Shown here: piece by piece, positions 61,798 through 64,000 of the stretch
How the letters are laid out: the number at the start of each line of letters is the position of its first letter
Numbering within the stretch: the stretch's first letter is position 1
Assembly: GCA_963713035.1 (NCBI GenBank)
Contig: CAVQKB010000004.1
Span: 65,419-129,418, forward strand
DNA: 64,000 bases
Source of the DNA: an uncultured Actinomycetota bacterium
GTDB lineage: Bacteria; Actinomycetota; Actinomycetes; Propionibacteriales; Nocardioidaceae
Direction: 5' to 3'
The notes under the pieces: model-generated
Databases searched by the model: none
What the model was told of the DNA's origin: nothing
The model's input: the letters and a program-made list of their open reading frames with translations, nothing else
Position numbers and translations under genes: made by a program

Positions 61798-62385
61798 CTA
61801 CGACACGCGCCGTCGTACGGCGGCCAGCACTGCCGTGCGTCCCTCGCCCCAGCTGCCGGTGAGCGTGCCGAGCCACGGCTCGGCCAGCTCGGCGCCGACC
61901 AGCCGGACCACCTCGATCTCGACCTCGTCGACGGCGGGCACCGGGCTGCCGGGCACGCCGCTGCCCGCGACCGTCACGGTCGGGGGGCGCACCTCGCGGG
62001 TCCCGTCGGGGTGTTCGAGGACCTGCTCGACCTCGGTGCCCCCGTTCAGCACCGCCTCCACCAGCGCGACGACGTAGACCGGGTCGGCCGGACCGTCGTA
62101 GACCCACCGGCGACCGAGCACGGAGTGGTCGAGGGCGCCGACCAGGTGCTCGTCCGCACCCTCCAGCGGGGCGCCGCGGTAGGTCACCGGCACGTGCAGC
62201 AGCCGACCGTCGGCGGAGCGGAGCAGGAAGCTCTCCAGGCCCACCTCGCCGGCCGGGTCGTCGAAACGGTAGGCGCCGACCTGCTCGAGCCGCTCCACGT
62301 CGCCGGCCCAGTCCTGCGTGGGCAACCAGGCGGCGAGCAGGTCGAGCTTCGGCGGGTCGAGGGTCGCCGCGTAGAGAAGGGCCAT
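61798..62385 (-). CDS. Maltokinase N-terminal-cap-like domain protein (hypothetical)
   Basis: 195 aa. 'LLAAWLPTQDWAGDVERLEQVGAYRFDDPAGEVGLESFLLR...LLHVPVTYR' resembles the Mak N-cap / CG0192-type family. This assignment is from memory of the motif only. Confidence 0.5.
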   Translation of the reverse strand: MALLYAATLDPPKLDLLAAWLPTQDWAGDVERLEQVGAYRFDDPAGEVGLESFLLRSADGRLLHVPVTYRGAPLEGADEHLVGALDHSVLGRRWVYDGPADPVYVVALVEAVLNGGTEVEQVLEHPDGTREVRPPTVTVAGSGVPGSPVPAVDEVEIEVVRLVGAELAEPWLGTLTGSWGEGRTAVLAAVRRRVS

Positions 62386-62397
62386 GGCGCGCCGACC

Positions 62398-63024
62398 CTA
62401 GGCCGCGACGTGCAGGCCGTGGCCGGCGAGCAGCGCCCGCAGCCGGTCGAGCCCGTCGGTGTGCACCCAGGTCTCGGCGCGCAGCCCGACCGAGCGGGCC
62501 GCCTCCACGTTGGCGCTGTTGTCGTCGAGGAACAGCACCTCCCCCGCTGGTACGTCGATCCGCTGCACGATCGCGGTGAAGTAGCCCGGATCCGGCTTCG
62601 CGACCCCCAAGGCGTGGCTGTAGAACGCGGTCCCGAACAGCGCGTCGTAGTCGAACAGCTCCTGCATGCGCGCCGCGCGGGCGACGTCCTGGTTGCTGGC
62701 CAGGTGCACCTCGACGCCGGTCTCGCGCACGGCCTCGACGATCTCCCGGGCGCCCGGCACCGGTTCGATCGCGAGCCAGGCCGCCACCACCTCGTCGTAC
62801 GCCTCGGCGAGGCCCCAGCGATCGAGCAGCGCGGGCAGCACGTCGAGCCACCGCTCCTGCCCGGCCAACGACGGACGCTCGGTGGCCAGCGCATCGGCGA
62901 GGAAGCCCGGCACGTCGGCGACCCGGCCCTCGACGGCCGGACGCATCGACTCCTCGGCGCCGCCGGGGACCTGCTGCAGGACACCGTCGGCGTCGAAGAG
63001 CACCGCGCGGACGGCGCCGCTCAC
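62398..63024 (-). CDS. HAD-superfamily hydrolase
   Basis: GTG start at 63024 forms a GTGA overlap with the cysQ stop. Motif I 'AVLFDADGVL', motif II 'LASNQ', motifs III/IV 'KPDPGYF...VLFLDDNSANVEAA'. The upstream 58 aa of the track ORF are junk. Confidence 0.8.
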   Translation of the reverse strand: MSGAVRAVLFDADGVLQQVPGGAEESMRPAVEGRVADVPGFLADALATERPSLAGQERWLDVLPALLDRWGLAEAYDEVVAAWLAIEPVPGAREIVEAVRETGVEVHLASNQDVARAARMQELFDYDALFGTAFYSHALGVAKPDPGYFTAIVQRIDVPAGEVLFLDDNSANVEAARSVGLRAETWVHTDGLDRLRALLAGHGLHVAA

Positions 63025-63866
63025 GCGACGCCGGCCTGGGCGATGTGGTCGAGGATGGTGTCGGCGAGCTCGGGTCGGCACACGATCAGGTCCGGGAGCA
63101 GCACGTCCTGCTGGTTGTAGAGCAGCGGGGAGCCGTCGATCCGGCAGGTGTGCAGTCCGGCCGCGCGGGCGACGGCGACCGGCGCGGCGGAGTCCCACTC
63201 GTACTGGCCGCCGGAGTGCACGTAGGCGTCGGCGACGTCCCGGACGACGGCGATCACCTTGGCGCCGGCCGAGCCCATCGGCACCAGCTCGGCCCCGAGC
63301 GCGGCCGCGAGCCCCTCGACGAAGGCCGGCGGCCGGGTCCGACTGACCACGATCCGCGGCCGCTCGGCGGTGCGCGGGGGAACCTGGGGCGGCTCGGCGG
63401 TGCTGAACGTCGTGCCGAGCCCGGGCTGGGCGACCGCACCCGCCACCAGGTCGCCGGTGGCCCCGCCCCCGGTGCCGCCGCCGTCGCGCTGCCAGAGCGC
63501 CACGTGGACCGCCCAGTCGTCGCGCGGTGGCTCGGAGAACTCCCGGGTGCCGTCGAGGGGGTCGATGATCCAGACCCGGTCGGCGTCGAGCCGGTGGGTG
63601 GCCTCGATGCTGGCGCGGCTCTCCTCGGAGAGCACGTCGTCGTCGGGCCGGTAGGCGGCGCAGAGCGCCATCAGCAGGTCGTGCGCCTCGGCGTCACCGG
63701 CGTCCTTGAGCGCCTTGCCCTCGAGGCCGCGCCGGCGTACCTCGTTCAGCCGTTCGCCGGCCACCGTCGCGGCCCACGTCGCGAAGACGTGGTCGTCGCG
63801 CCGGGCGGCCTCGGGCGGCGTGGGCAGGTCGGCACTGGCGGCGCGGGAGTCGGTCACCTGGGTCAA
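63021..63866 (-). CDS. cysQ: 3'(2'),5'-bisphosphate nucleotidase CysQ / inositol monophosphatase family
   Basis: 'VLSEES', 'VWIIDPLDGTREF', 'EWDSAAPVAVARAAG'. The start is either TTG 63866 or GTG 63857. Confidence 0.8.
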   Translation of the reverse strand: MTQVTDSRAASADLPTPPEAARRDDHVFATWAATVAGERLNEVRRRGLEGKALKDAGDAEAHDLLMALCAAYRPDDDVLSEESRASIEATHRLDADRVWIIDPLDGTREFSEPPRDDWAVHVALWQRDGGGTGGGATGDLVAGAVAQPGLGTTFSTAEPPQVPPRTAERPRIVVSRTRPPAFVEGLAAALGAELVPMGSAGAKVIAVVRDVADAYVHSGGQYEWDSAAPVAVARAAGLHTCRIDGSPLLYNQQDVLLPDLIVCRPELADTILDHIAQAGVA

Positions 63867-63879
63867 ACTACCCAGCGCT

Positions 63880-64000
63880 CAGCTGTTGAACTCGCTCTGG
63901 GTGCGCTCGAGCCCTGCGGTGAGCAGCGACTCGACCGCGTCCGCGGCCCGGTCCACCTGGAACGGCACGATCTTCCGCTCGCTCGGTGTGTACGGCGACA
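63880..64000 (-). CDS. 3' end of an unidentified CDS (cut by window edge)
   Basis: Open minus-strand frame '...SPYTPSERKIVPFQVDRAADAVESLLTAGLERTQSEFNS*' with its stop at 63880-63882. Composition is protein-like. I did not recognise the family. Confidence 0.4.

Overview
High-GC (~70%) actinobacterial chromosome window. Positions 1-17 kb hold a conserved housekeeping block, mostly on the minus strand: cbs, an SGNH hydrolase, a Bax-inhibitor-like protein, one tRNA, uracil-DNA glycosylase, ppx/gppA, DUF501, ftsB-like, eno, a methyltransferase, mazG, a lipoprotein and mfd. Positions 59-64 kb hold a stand-alone LigD-type polymerase/primase, a frameshifted DUF222/HNH (13E12-type) gene, a maltokinase-cap-like protein, a HAD hydrolase and cysQ. 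The main feature is a continuous ~41.9 kb minus-strand coding tract (17035-58938). It reads as one giant, ~13,900-codon, highly modular secreted surface protein. From N to C it has a signal peptide, a Q-rich coiled coil and a (Gly-Thr)n linker, followed by a metzincin-like HExxHxxGxxH module and a G/T/S-rich beta-solenoid-like region. Then come at least 13 copies of a ~130-aa module I cannot name, two FG-GAP propeller clusters, ~100-aa Ig-like modules and F/G-rich beta regions. The C-terminal part has GGxGxD calcium-type repeats, two Calx-beta domains, a second metzincin-like module and an LPXTG-like membrane tail. The stop codon overlaps (GTGA) the start of a beta-helix lipoprotein gene. The outer ~6 kb at each end are intact, but the central ~29 kb contains dozens of +/-1 frame changes. 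These are either real decay or, as I argue, uncorrected homopolymer indels in repeat sequence. I saw no CRISPR array, rRNA, integrase or transposase.
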